DNA of 64,000 nt, taken from Vicugna vicugna. Lineage: Eukaryota. How positions within the stretch are numbered: the first letter of the stretch is position 1; each line of letters opens with the position of its first letter. This document shows positions 38,834 to 52,130 of this stretch, piece after piece. A model generated the notes under the pieces. That model made no database searches. It saw only the letters and a program-made list of their open reading frames with translations, and was not told the DNA's origin. The stretch is from the NCBI GenBank assembly GCA_013265495.1, contig MU057651.1, positions 2,272,948 to 2,336,947 of the forward strand. Reading direction: 5' to 3'. Position numbers and translations under genes: made by a program.

Positions 38834-39105
38834 TTTTTTTTTTTAATTTTATCTTTCTTTAAATTGAAGTATAGTTGATTTACAATGTGTTAGCTCCTGG
38901 TGTCCAGCAGAGTGATTCAGTTATACATTATGTATTTTTTTCATATTCTTTTTCATTTTAGGTCATTACAAGAAATTGAATATGGTATGACATTCTCCAG
39001 GTCCATCCATGTTGCTGCAAATGGCATTATTTTATCATTCTTCATGGCTGCATAGTATTCCATCGTGTGTTGTATCTCTATGTATCCTGCATCTTCCTCA
39101 TCCAA
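38834..39105 (-). mobile_element. L1 3' end with internal deletion
   Basis: Poly-T, then TTGAAGTATAGTTGATTTACAATGTG...TTGAATATGG joined directly to TATGACATTCTCCAGGTCCATCCATGTTGC. The segment present at ~30680-30930 in the sister copy is missing. Confidence 0.85.
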
Positions 39106-40479
39106 TGTTTGATATTTTTTAGGTACCATTAATGTTTTTCAGAGCTGAAATAGTTTAGTAGTTTTTAATATGAAAGTCTCTGTTTCACAAAAGTAACACA
39201 TGATTTGTATTCCTATTTAGAAAAGAAAATTGCAAACATAAATCGTGATATTTGATGAAGGAAAACTAGAATTAATACAGTGAATGCCAATGATCATGCA
39301 GCTTCTGTGTGACAAGAAGTGGGACCAGTCCGGTGCCTCAGCTGAAGCCTGCTTCTCACCCCGCCCCACGGGCCCCTCCATCATTCAGCCATGTGCTCTC
39401 CTGGCGAACATATTCAAAAGTGTAAGAGTTGGCCTGAAGATACCGTTCCTTCATTCTCTCTTTCATTCATTCATGTGATAAACATCATTAAAAACCTACC
39501 AAGGGGGAAATACTGTGCTTGGGGCTTAAGATTTTTTTACACGACAGAGCAGAGGTCCAGCACCGACAGCCAGTCTGATGTGGAGATGGCGGGGGGGTGG
39601 TCTGTGAGCTACCACGTGGGCGTCCCTGGGATGGAGGGTGGCAGGTCCCTTGGGGATGGGAGCTGGGTCTCCCATGCCACCATCCTCTTTCTGTGCCCTC
39701 GCTGGCTGGAGCTGTCCATTTGGGCAAGTGCGGCTGAATGCAGCCCCCCTTAAGGAGCCACGAGAAGTCGGTGAGGTGTGTCCCAGACCCCCTGTTCCAG
39801 AGGGAACGAGGGGCAACCCAGGAGCCACCTGCAGCGTCACACAAAAGCAGGCTGGCATCGGGAGGCGTCCACCAGCACACACACACTCTGGGCTCCGAGT
39901 GACCCTGAGACCTGTCACGGTCCCCCCCCGGGCCCGGGGTCACCTCCCAGGCCGGGGAAAGCTGAACCGGGCCAGCAAGGCAGTTTACCATCCCCAGGGA
40001 AGGTCCCGGGGCCCAGCGGTCAGCATGCCCGTCCCCACCTTCCTGTGCCTCCCTCCTCGCTTGGGCCTGCCCCCTGCCATCCTGTCCTGGGTTCTGCATC
40101 AGAATGATACTCTGTAGGCCACATGTCACAGTAGAGTCTGCAGCCCCTTTTCACGTGTGTGGGGTCCTGGCCAGGACACTGGGGATGCGGAGGAGAGGCC
40201 GGCAGGCCCCGGGCATGCGGTGGGCATGGAGGGTGTTTAGATTCCTAGTTGACAGGTGCACTCGTGCGACATGCTGGAGGTGACAAGGTCAGAGGGCAAT
40301 GGCTCTGCCTGTGAAGCCACCGCCTAGTGGGTGAGGAACGCAGATGCGGAAAGAGATGGTACCCAGCAAGCGAGGATGGGGGATGAGAGGCCACCCGGAG
40401 GGGCGGCCTGGGACTGGCCTGAGGAGCCGGAGGGGAGGCCCACTCGGAGGGAGGCCACGGCAAGGGCGGCCCGGTGGCT

Positions 40480-41230
40480 TTGGAAGGGGAATGGAGGGGC
40501 CAGAGCCGGGCGCACAGATGGGACGTGAACCGGGTGATGCGGGGGCGCCAGGGAGGAGGACCAAGCTACGTCCTGCTGCGTCCATCCAGGACGGACCCGG
40601 CGGCTTCCAGGGTGAGGGCCGGTCTGTGGTCACTGGACAGACGCTGGGGGGACTGGATCAGGCAGCGGGAGGGGAGGGGAGGGGAGGGGCGCCGTCCAGC
40701 GGGCGGGGGGACAGGCGACAGGCGGGCAAGGAATCTGCCCGGGCAGCGGGGAGGCCGGGCCGGGGGACCCCTCCCTCCCTCCGGTTCCAGACGGGTGCTT
40801 ATCTCTAAATCAAGCACGCAGCAGGGCCAGGGTGCATATCTTCAGGGGCCTCCAGAGAGTTGGAAACCACATCCGTACCTTGGCTTCTGCCCCAGAGGAA
40901 CTGGCGGAGCTGGAGAGCCCCTGGGCGCCGCCAGCTGCCTCCGCTTCCTCCGCCGGCCTCCGCCCCCCGCGCGGGGGCTCCGGGCGCTCCTCCCGGGCCC
41001 GAGGGGGGCGCAGCGCCCCGGCCCCCCGCCCCCGGCTTGCCCGCGCGCTCCCCGCCCCCCAGCCCGTCCCCTCCCCCCGCGGGCCCCTTTGTCCTCTCCC
41101 CGTGGGTGGCGAGCTGGGCAATGCTGGCTAAGCAGGCCTGGCATCCAACCCTAGCGCTGCTGGGAGGGGCCGGCCTCACGGGGCACCGGGCCCGGGGTCC
41201 TGCCTCCCATAAGCTTGCGCTGGTCCTCCC
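40480..41230. promoter_or_regulatory. CpG island-like element (orphan promoter or enhancer)
   Basis: Very high GC and CpG density. GC boxes at ~41024 and ~41050, E-box CAGCTG 40932, ETS-like CTTCC 40944, CCTTTGT 41086, (GGGGA)n 40667-40689. Confidence 0.6.
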
Positions 41231-44221
41231 TCCGGCCCATCACCTCTGAGGTTCCCTCCCCCGAGCTGCCTTTGGTTTGCCAGCATCCAGCCCAGAAAGG
41301 ACCTGGGAGAGGGGAGGTTGGGAGCGCATGGAGTGTGCGGTCGGATCCCAGCGGCTGGGGGAGCCCTCCCTAGGCCGCTTCCTCGGAGGTGGCCTCAGTT
41401 TCCCCATCTGGCAGACAGGGAGCAGTCCTGGGTTTGGCGGGCGAAACTGTGCAATTATCACTTTGCCCGGCTCACAGCTGCCACTCACTCAAACACTCCT
41501 CTTACTGCCTGGGCTGGGCTCAGTCTTCACCTTCAAATCCACCAAGGCCGGATGGGGCCCCCCCAGGAAGGAGATGGGGGTGGGGAGCGGGGGACTAAAG
41601 CAAGACCACGAACCCGGGCTGGCGGTGGAGTTGGAGGCGGAAAAGTCTCCTGTTTGGAAATTGCACGCTGTCCGATGCTACGGGGCCCTCCCAGCGCAGG
41701 CGCTGTGTCTCCCTTAAGAAGCGCTGGTGGGCCAGCCGCCCTAGCGTTTGAATCGCAAGCAGCTGCTGCTCTCCTGGGGAGCCTGCGGGATGAGGCAGAG
41801 TGACCGAGAATCACCCCGGGGAACTGCTCCTGTATGTGGCTTGGGGGTGTCGGTGACTTCTTCAGGCCCCCTCTGCTCCGTTAGAAGCTGGGGGCCACTG
41901 CGCTTCCCAGGGCAGTGGGCGATGCCTGCCGGGTCTCCCAGGACCTCCGGCTCGCGCTGTGCTGTGGCCGGACGGTTCCCACCGCACTCCCCTTTGCTCG
42001 TTTCCGCCTTTGGAACAAGACACCGTCTGCCAGGGGCCTGCTGGCTCCAGGCAAGCCTCGCCCATCATGGCTCCTCCGAACGAGCCTCTCTCTCCCCCTT
42101 GTCTTTTCCCTTAAGGCCTGTCCTTTCCTGGATAATAGAAGTCGCAAAATTCCCCTTCTCTTTCCCTGTGGTTCCCCGATTTTCCCATCTGTCCCTCTGA
42201 GATAATCTGTACAAGGCATGTCACAGAGGCTGGCATGGAACAGCAGTTCAGTCAACACCAGTTACGCCGACCCCTGGGTCACACCATGAGGCTCAGACAC
42301 CAGCACAGCCGTCCCAGGGCCTTCAGAGCAACAGTTATAATGCAGAGATGTGAATATGCATCATTTAATTTCCAGGCCTGCAACCAAGCTCTGTGCGACC
42401 AAAAACTCAAAATTCACTCATCTGCAGGAGACCCTCCAGGCAGGATTGATGGACCGATGTCCCTTGACCACTCACTCACGGACAGGTCCAGTTACTGGAG
42501 CGGGATTGGGAAGTCCCAAGGTGTCCACCTGGGTCAGGACGCTGGGACATCTGAAGCCAAGGCGTGTTGGCGGGACCGGCAGCCTGCAGTCCAGGGGCGG
42601 GCAGCCACACACACGCAACGCGCCAGGTGCCCGCTCTGCAGGATGGAGGGCTCTCCGGGGGCTCACGTCTCTGCCTCGTGGCTGGACTCCATCCTCGTCC
42701 TACACATTCTGCACCGAGGAGCTGCCCGCGGCAGCGTTCAAACAAGGGAGGACCCAGTTGGATTTGGACCCAAAGGCAGAGAGAGGATTGAGGGAGAGGA
42801 AGTGGAGTCAAGGAAGGGCTCACAGTCATTCCAAGCCCCCTGTGAGGAGGAGGGCAGCTCTGGCTTCCCGGATCCTCAGGGACAACTTCCTTGTTGTCCC
42901 GCTGTCAGGACGATGTCCCTTCCAAACCCCACCTGCAGCCCCAGATGAGACTCAGGGAGCAACATCTCCGAATTCAGCATCAATTTAGAGGTGGGATCAA
43001 GAGAGTCATGGGGTGGCTGGACCTAAGAACTATTCTGCCACGGCTGCGAGGGGCAAAGAACACTGGTCCACGGAGAGGGGAGTCACGGATGAGCGTGTGT
43101 GTGTGTGAGAGAGAGAGATCCAGAGAGAGCCGGACGGCTTCCTGTCGGTGCAGACAGTGGCGTCTGTGTACCCAGACGTGGCTCTCCTGTTTTCCCTGCC
43201 AGAGGTGAGCCCCGGGGTGGCCGTCAGCCTGTTCCACCTCACCCCTTCCAGCCGCGCGGCTGGCCGCCCTTCTCCAGAGCACTGTCCTCACCACCGCGTC
43301 AGGCATCCTGGGAGAGGATGCAGGCCTAGGAGCCCTGGGTCCCCACCCTGACTCGGCCAGTGAAGCCCTGAGTGACACTGGGCCCACCACTTCCCTCTTT
43401 GGCCCAAATTTCCCCTTCTCTGAGGGCTCGGCCTGGATCCCACCCCCGGGGCCAGTTCATCCCTGAGGTCTCCAAGGCTCGTTCTAAAGAGCCCAGGCCT
43501 GAGCTCGGAGCCCTTGAGTTTTGTTAGCCACCGGGGTCTTCACTTTATCCATGTTCATCACGCTTTGGGAGACTGGCTTGGGCGGTCTCCAAGCCCAGGC
43601 CATGTGCCCGGCCCAACCGGCTGTTCAGTGCAGAGGTCACCAGTTCGCAGGACCATTCTGTGAATGGTGGCCCCAGAATCGGGCATCCCGGGGGCCTCAC
43701 TTCCGTCTCCATGTCGGCTACTTCACTTTCTAACCGCCGTGGGAGTGGAGGAAGGACGTGGCGGATGTGCAACGTCAGGTTTGGTGTGGTTGCATCTGCT
43801 GCCCTGGGGGTCAGGAGCCTGGTCCCAACTTGGCTCCTAACTTGTACAATCCCGGGCTTCCCCTCACCGGGACCCGTGTCCTGGAGCTGCAGAATGTGGA
43901 AGTGGTCCCCGGGGCACTCTTCAGCATGGATCCTCTAACGGTGGTCACTCAGGATGGAGAACTTGCGTGAACCCAGCCGTACAGTTAAGCTGCATCTCCG
44001 TTATGTTGGGGCAATCATTCATTGGGCCCAATGTCTCACCAAAAATCGTCCCACCAGTCAGCAGCCTGGGACATCCAGGCAACAAGCCAGAGATTATAGC
44101 TGAAGGGCCCCCAAGCAGTTTAGGGACCTGAGCTGTAATTCATGCACAGAAAAGATAATTTTTTTTACAATGGTCTCTCTCTGTACGCGTCTGAAGACTG
44201 AGCCATCAAGAGTTGAATGCA

Positions 44222-44360
44222 TTCAGTAGCTTGTAATAACCTATAATGGAAAAGAATCTGAAAAAGAATGTGTGTGCGTATAACTGAATATGCTGTATGC
44301 CAGAGGCTAACGCGACACTGTAAATGCTTCGATTTAAAAAGAAAGTGGAGGAAAAAAAAA
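44222..44360 (+). mobile_element. short L1 3' terminal fragment
   Basis: TTGTAATAACCTATAATGGAAAAGAATCTGAAAAAGAAT...ATAACTGAAT...ACACTGTAAAT...poly-A. Degenerate flanking repeat ending GAATGCA on both sides. Confidence 0.8.
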
Positions 44361-45554
44361 AAGGCTCGAATGCAGTGAATTCGCTGTGACTCCCACAAGC
44401 CATCAGAACCCACGCGTCTCAGCACCGCAGGAGCCCCCAGGGCAGCTTGGGTCCCCCGGAGGGGCTTTCTGATGAGCAAGAAGGACATTATGGGAATAAT
44501 TTATTGGCACTTGACTGGGATTCGGCCCCAGTCACAAGAGCAACAGCTGGGGCAAATCTCTCTGCTCATTCCACCACTTGATTTTGAGAGACGAAGTTTA
44601 AATGCCCCAGAGAAGAGCCATCTGTGAAAATGAACTGGGAAGCAGGTGGGGCGGGGAGGGGGGGGACCTGTGATGCAAAGTCACTTACTGAGGTTACATT
44701 GTGCACGAGGCGTCTATTTCATTATCTCCCATTTCCTACTTATAATGTAATGGCCAGCCTTTTCCTGTTACCCAAGGGCAGTAATTTCCACTTTAGACAA
44801 CATACTTCTGACACAGCCTTTGGTAATCATGGACACCTTGACGGCTTCCCCTTGTCCGCCGCCCAAGGGCACCCTCCTGCAGCCCTCGCGCAGAAGAGCC
44901 AGGCGTGTGTCCCCTCGGCAGGCAGGAAGCCCGTGGCCACGGCTCTCAGCAACCTGAGGTTGCCCATCTCCCGCGGCAGTGGGGCTCAACTCGTGTTTAA
45001 ATGCTGGAGCAGGACCCCGTCCGAGGGCGCCAGCAGGTCACCCAGCCTTTGGGACAACGTGGGCTGGTAACCGGCTTCTCAGAGGGACAGGTCACCGGGA
45101 GAAGGAAAGGGACTCCTCAAATGGATGTAAACCCCTTTCAGTTTAGAAACAAGATGTTCTCACCAACAGCAGGCCTGCTGGGGCGAAAGATGCACTGACT
45201 TCCCTCCCTGGATGACGTCGCAGAGGACAGGTGTCTTCTCACGGCGTCCGCAGGCGATGGCGGGTTCCCAGGCTCAGGACGAGCCCGGGTGTCGGGAGCT
45301 GTGACCCGGGGGCCAGAGGAAGGGTGAGCCACCCACCAAGAAAAGGATCTGGGGCTGGCTCGTCCTGAGCAGCCTGCATGCTTTTGAGAAGCTCCCAGGA
45401 TCATCCAAATATAGAGGCCAGAGATTGGCTGCAGGAGGGACTTAGATGGAGCCCAAAGGAAAGGACCAGGTAGGAAGGAAAGATTGTAAGACGGAAACCA
45501 TCCAAGGCCCTGAACGGTCTTGCCCTCCATCCTCACAAGGGCCTACGAAGGAAG

Positions 45555-45690
45555 GAGCAGTCCCACTTTATAGACGCGAAACTCGGCTCCGAGAGGGGAC
45601 GGAAGGTGATGTCCAGCGTCGTGAAGCTGACATGGAGGGAACCGAGATAACCACTCAGGACAGTGCGTCTCCAAAGTCCACAGCTTTACC
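45555..45690 (-). mobile_element. MIR SINE fragment
   Basis: TCCCACTTTATAGACGCGAAACTCGGCTCCGAGAGGGGACGGAAGG...CTCCAAAGTCCACAGCTTTACCAC. Confidence 0.55.
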
Positions 45691-46021
45691 ACGGGAGCCC
45701 CGTCACTCGAGGTCCACAGACAAGTGGCACCTGCGTCACCTGAAGGCTTGTGAGAAACGCAAACCCTCGACCCTTGCCTCGGACCTCAGAGGGAGTCAGG
45801 ATCTGAATTCTGTTAAGATTCTCAGGGACGTGTCTGCCTTCCTACTTTAGGGTCCTCCGTCGGCATCCAAGTCACGTTCCCTGGCGGGTCGGGAAGGGGC
45901 TGTGCTGCGGAACGGAGGCCCTGTGAGGGATAAGAAGCAGAGATGCCCTGAGAAATTAGCAAGAGAGGGACCATCACGTGAGAGTCCATGGAAGGCCAGC
46001 TACAGATCATTAGGACTATGG

Positions 46022-46096
46022 AATTTATTGGGTAACATTCACTTATGAGTGGACCCGTGCAGTTTAAACTTAAGCCATTCAGGGGTCAAACCTGTA
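46022..46096. mobile_element. TcMar-Tigger DNA transposon terminal fragment (Tigger2-like)
   Basis: ATGAGTGGACCCGTGCAGTTTAAAC...TTCAGGGGTCAAACCTG followed by TA resembles a Tigger terminal inverted repeat. Confidence 0.55.
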
Positions 46097-47844
46097 CGTC
46101 ATTCTTTAAGTTAACAAAATGATTGTAATTTGGCATCTTGTGAGTTGCCCTGAACTCACAAATATCACGGATTCATTTCTGAACTCATGTGGTCACTTCA
46201 GGACGCGCTGACAAAACGGAGTGTCTCCCATCTGAAAAATCTAAGGGCTTTACCCTTGGTCCTGGCCAGTGGGCCTCCTTTCCTGGCATGGTGCTGCAAC
46301 CCCATGACCCCGTACCTTTCCCACTGCTTAAGAAAACATTTTGATGGAAGTGTCCCCAGTACCCAAATGTCCACGGTCCGTCCCATCATTAGGACCTGAA
46401 TCGGCTGTGACGGAGACACCCCGTGCTCACCGCTCGGCTGCAGACTGTCTCCCTCCCACTGAAGCAGGTGGCATCTGACGTCACCAGTCTCCTTGCTAGG
46501 CTGAGTGAGGAGCTCCAGTTTGGGTCCCCAGTTGCTGGCTCTCCCCGCCCTGTGTGCACCCCTGTCTGTGGACCATGACTTTGAGTCCCTTTTCAGGCTC
46601 CACGCAGTCCTCAGAACCCCGTGGGCACAGCAGAGCGCGTGCCTTTGGAGTTTGAAGCCTGGCCTCTGGGGGCCTCACAAGATGGCTGGGTTCTAGTCTC
46701 TGGAGACCAATTTTCCAGACGTGTTCATCCCATTTGGCACCATAGACCCAATGTGCTAGAAGTGTACATTCCATTTGCCACTTGGATTCTGCCCCCTCCC
46801 ACCTATTGCAATCCCGTTCGTAGAGCTGACAGATTTTCTTGAAACTTGACCGAGCCGTGCCCCTTGGACACTCTTGTCCAGGGTCCGCTCCCCCAGACAG
46901 CATCCTCAGCCCTGTGGGGTCCTCCAGCCCCTGTTTGCCTGCAGACCAGACGCTCCCTAGAGCCACCTCTGTACCTCCCTACATGGCTGGAGATGGAGTT
47001 CCCTCTATAGAATTCGCCTAATTTCAAGACAGAGGAGCTCAACTGAGCTGCCAGAGGGAAGGGCGTGAATGAGTGCCAGTTGCATGTGGACAAGTTCAAC
47101 ACACGTCATGAGATGAATTGAGGAAGAGGCAGAAGACAGCCTCCCAGCAGAGGAAGTGGGGTAACACTGGCAGGGGCTAGGCAATCACCGAGCGCATCAG
47201 GAAATGGAAGGGAGATTAGCCTGCGGGGAGGCAGCCGGATGGACAGCGGGGAGGGGTGCGGCTGCCCGGGCCAGCGAGGCCCTCCCCGGGAGCTCGGGGC
47301 CCCTCCCGAAGCGCGGGGAGCGGCGGAGGCGCTGTGCTGAGCTTCCAGCCAGGAGCATTCCCTTGTCGCTCAGAAGAGCGAAATTAAACAGCAGAGGTTA
47401 AGACTTCAGGCCCCTCATCTGTGGCAGAACTACCGTGCAAACGTGCAACGACATAAGATGAGAAATTGAGTCTCAGGCACTACCTCACTTTTTAGCCCCA
47501 TGCGGTGATTTCAACTGTAGACTTAAGCCACCCAGATCACCTCTGTGAACCATTGCCTCATTCCCACTAAATGTTCCAAAGTAGAATTACGTCTCATCAT
47601 ATATGCACAGAAAGACATATGCTCATGTGTATACAGAATGTGTGTGTATGTGTATACATGAAGAGTTTGTCCGGGGAAAATTAAGCGAATAATGTGGTTA
47701 CAACCTGAGAAACATTGGCAGTACCAGAATGCTTCTTCCCAGACACTAATTCCAGTTAATATAGAAGAGAAATGCTAACATTTACTGGAATCTGCCGTTA
47801 GTCGATAGAGAGACAGGCTAACATTGTTTTTCATTGTCTACTCC

Positions 47845-50297
47845 TAGACAACCCCTCAAATATAGAGAGACAGAGGGATTGGGAAAAGTCCATTCAAAGG
47901 CTCATTATAGCCTTGATACCAGGTCCTACACAGACACAGCCTACTTCCTCTCTCTTTAGCCAGTTCAAAAATTAACTATATAAGTGAGCTAAAATGGATT
48001 AAGAAAACCTTAATGTAAGTGTCAAAGATAAACATAAAATGCAACATACATTTTCCTGCTCATTCTGCACTGCCTTGTCATTTGAAGAAATTTTCCTAGT
48101 TGGTTAGGAGCCTGGAAGCATTTCTAGTCTGCCCCTGCTCCTTGCCTTCTGCGAATTCTAAAATCCTTATTGTCACCCGACAAAGGGAACAGACCAGTGT
48201 CTTTTACAAATATAGATGCAAAATCCATCCACAAAATGCTAGCAAGCAAAATCTAGCAACATATTGCATGTATTATAAATCATGAGTTGATACACCAAGC
48301 AAGATTTATCCCAAGAATGCAGGGTTGGTTTAATATCTGAAAATTAATTAATATAATACAATATATTGATAAAATAAAGGGGGAAAACCACATGGTCATC
48401 TAAGTTGATGCAGAAAAAAGGGCTTGATAAAAATCCTTAAACACAGATGAATTTAGGATGGGCACCATTCAGTCCATATCAGATGGAAACTTCCTGAACC
48501 TGAGAAAACTCTCTATGAAAAACCCACAGCTAACATCTCACTTAATAGGAAAAGACTGAAATTTTTTCCCCTAAGATCAGGAACAGGACAAGGGGATCCA
48601 CTCACTGCTTCTTGTCATCATTTACTGGAGGTTGTAGTCATGTATACTGGCACTAGAGCAATAAAATGAAGGAAAGCACATTCATACTGGAAAGGATGAA
48701 GCAAAACTGTCTTTATTTGCAGATATTGTGATTTCACAGACAGAACATTCTAAAGAATCCACAAAAAAAGTTGAACTAATAAATGAGTCCAGCAAGTTGG
48801 CCAGAAACTATATCAATACTCAGTTGTAAGTCTAAACACGACCAGCAAACAGCGCAAAACAATGAAATTAGAAAATGCAATTTCATTTACCATAGCATCC
48901 AGAAGAATAAAAGACTGAATACATTTAAAGAGGGGCAACACTTGTACAGTAAAGTCTACAAAACATGGCTGAAAGAAATTAAGGAGGCATAAAAAAGTGG
49001 GAAGACAAACTGTGTTAAATGGACTGGAGAATTTAATATTATTAAGATGGTAATACTCCCCAAGGTGATCTACAGATTCAGTGTAATCTCTGTCAAAATC
49101 CCAATATCCTTTTTTTACAGAAATGGAAAAGTCAATCTTGAATTCCACATACAGTTGCAAGAGACCTCAAATGCCAAAACAGTCTTGAGAAGGAAAGAGG
49201 AACAAAAGTTGGAACATTGACACTTCTCATTTTCAGAGCTTGCTGCAAGCCTTCAGTGTGGTGTTGGCATAAGGGTAGACATACAGATCAACGGGGTAGA
49301 CTTGAGAGTCCAAAACTAAACCCATACATCTGGGGCTCATTGAGTTCTGGGCAGGGTACCAAAACCACTCAATGAAAAAAGAACTGTCTTCCACAGACAG
49401 TATTGGGACAATTGGGTATCAGCAAGCAAGAATGACATTGAATCACCCTTGCCTCACAAAATACACAAATATTAACTCAAAATTTATCAGCAACCTCAAA
49501 TAAACATTACAACGCCTAGAAGAAAACATGGCAGTGAATGTTCATGACTGTGGATCTGGCAGGTTTCTTAGGCATAACACCAAAGCACAAGCAAAAACAG
49601 AACAAATACGTTGGATTTCACCAAACTTAAAACTTTTATGTATCAAGGGATACTGTCAAGCGAGGAAAAAAAGCAACGCAGCATGGAAAAAAATTTACGT
49701 CTTATATCTGATAAGGGTCTGTGATTTAATTATAAATTATAAAGTATAATTGTATATATTATAAAGATATATAATTATGTAAAGAACTCTTACAACTTAG
49801 CATCAAAAAGGCAAACAATCCAGTTTAGAAATGGACAAAGGATTTGAACAGACATTTCTCCAAAGACGACATACAAATGGCCAACGAGCACATGGAAAGA
49901 TGCTCAACTTCTCAGTCATGGGGGAGACTGAATTCTAAACCACCACGAGAGAGCACTTCGTACTCACTGGATGGCCATGACTTAAAAATGTCAGCGAGAA
50001 TACGGGAAAACTGGAACCCTCATACGCCGCCAATGGGGATGTAAAATGGTGCCGTGGCTGGTGGAAAACAGCCTGGCTGTTCCCCAGTAACTTACACACA
50101 GAGTTGCCATACGACCCAGCAATTCCACCCCCAAGCAGAGATCCCAAAGATTTCCAAACTAGTGGGCAAACAAAAACTTACACATGAACATTCAGAGCAG
50201 CCCTGGTCTCGATAACCAAAAGGTGGAAATGACCTAAAAGTCCATCAACAGATGAAGAGACGAGTGAAGTGTGACCTACCGACACAGTGGGGAATAG
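47845..50297 (+). mobile_element. old L1M ORF2 (RT to C-terminus), heavily decayed
   Basis: 48185 onward encodes a degenerate RPISLMNIDAKILNKILA motif, followed by recognisable GFIPGMQGWFNI, SGTRQG, SLFADD and [24 protein letters not shown] segments with many stops and frameshifts. The 47845-48175 part is patchy. Confidence 0.92.
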
Positions 50298-51099
50298 GCA
50301 GTGACTTAAAATACGAATAAATGAGTGAAAGAATGAACGCGTGAAAAAACAAACCGAGATTCAGAAAGCTTGGCTGACTTCCCCAAGTTTACATAACGCG
50401 TGAAGGAGAGCTCGTGTGTATTGTCAGCTGACTGTGATGAACTTTATGTGGACTTCCAGGGAGCTGAGCTGGAATGGGAGCCAAAATCTTCAGTCTCCCC
50501 CTGTCACATCCATCCCACTGTGTCGCGCTGTCTGCCAGAAATATATTACCTGCATACTTTTTTCTGTACTGTAGTTTAGAAAAACAAGTGATGTCCATCC
50601 ATCGTGCTCCATTCATTTAGGCAGCATTAAACACACACAGACACACACACACACAAAACTCGTCTAGAAAAAAGCCAGAGTTTTCACAAGGCAACAAGCT
50701 AAGATTCTCCTAAATGTAGCTTTGATGAACTAAGACGAAACCATGGACCCAGTGCTACACCGCCCACCTGTTATTAATTGTCAGGGTCCGTGGTTCTGGG
50801 GCTCAGCTTAAAAATTAAAATATGCATATATGATTGTCCCAAGATTTGCTTACTTGACCCAAAATACGAATATATGGACGACTTGTTGGATTAAAAAAAA
50901 ACTTGTTTAATCTGAATACTGAATCACAGGTGCAAAGACTTGGCATTGACTATTTAGGTAAGTAAAGAAATTGCTCAGGAACCAACGCCAGGGAGGCAAT
51001 GAGTGTCCTGGCCGAGAGCTCAGCGTCCGAGGTTGGACGCCTGAACAAGGACCCGAGCACCTGCCTTCCCCACGGCATCCATCACCTTGACCAGGCCTC

Positions 51100-51255
51100 C
51101 CGGTCCTTCCTTCTCTTTTTCTGTTCAATCGGTTAATGACAGTACCCCACACAGAGCATAGTATGGAAATTAAAATTAAAATGCACAGCACATGGAAAGC
51201 CGTTACTTAGCACAGTGCCTGGCAGGTAATAAAAACCCAGAAATATACACTGTTA
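51100..51255 (+). mobile_element. MIR SINE fragment
   Basis: TAATGACAGTACCCCACACAGAG...CATGGAAAG...CTTAGCACAGTGCCTGGCA. Confidence 0.65.
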
Positions 51256-51317
51256 TGAAAATCCATGCACCCGTTGGTGTCCGCTAGTCAATAAATCACG
51301 TTAGGAAAGTAGTTGAA

Positions 51318-51480
51318 GGCGGGGGGTATAGCTCAGGGGTTGAGCGCGTGCTTAGCATGCAAGAGGGTCCGGGTTCCACCCCCAGTCTCCATCGAAAGCA
51401 AAAAAATAGATAAATAAATAGAGAAACCAAATTGCCTTCCCCCTACCAAAAAACAAACAAACAAAAAATTTTAAAGAAAA
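51318..51480 (+). mobile_element. Vic-1-type camelid SINE
   Basis: GGGGGGTATAGCTCAGGGGTTGAGCGCGTGCTTAGCATGCAAGAGGGTCCGGGTTCCACCCCCAGT plus A-rich tail. TSD GAAAGTAGTTGAA 51305-51317 / GAAAATAGTTGAA 51481-51493. Confidence 0.9.
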
Positions 51481-51699
51481 GAAAATAGTTGAAAACCATG
51501 ATAAAGATAATAGTTTGCACCTCTGACGCAAACAAGTTACAAAGACAGAATTTCTGCCTAAACCAGATTTGTAGGCGCAGTTTTATCAGCATGAAAAGAA
51601 GATTTTAAAAGAGGCTGCATTCCACGGTCCAGGGGGCTCAGAAGGAAGTGTGCTCGAGGAGATGGGGGTGACGCTCAGAAACGCTCAGGAGACTGTGCT

Positions 51700-52130
51700 C
51701 GGGGTGGAATTTTCCAAGAGTTGGCACCGGGTGGAGAAAGCGCGCAATCAGGGCCAAAAGATGAGGCCACGCCCGGCCATCCACCCTGAGGTGCGGCCTG
51801 GGGAAGACGGGAGGCAGCAGAGGAAGCGGCGGCAAGGAGAAGTGGCCCTGCGCTGGGGACGGAAAGTGTGGGGACTTCCCGAGAAAAGGAAAACGGAGCC
51901 CCAGCTGAATGGGGAAGCGAGACCACCAGGCTGGGCTGAATCCGTGCGAGCCCCGTGCGGCCGCGTCCCGGGGACAGCGCGGTGGCTCAGACGCAGCCGG
52001 GCCTGCGGTCAGGATCTCAGGCTGCCTGTCTCCCTTCGAGCTCATCTTTGTCACCTGTCAATGAGAATGCTAGTTTCTGCTTGAAACACGTATAAAAGCC
52101 GCTCCTGGACCTTGCCCACCTCCCAAAGGG
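51700..52130 (+). promoter_or_regulatory. candidate TATA promoter / inducible regulatory element
   Basis: GGAATTTTCC 51706, GGCCACGCCC 51765, GGGACTTCCC 51871 and TATAAAAG 52091 in a CpG-enriched unique stretch. Confidence 0.3.

Noticed and set aside
40344..41249. Many overlapping P/G/R/A-rich ORFs
   Set aside because: Stop-codon scarcity in a CpG island; no recognisable protein.
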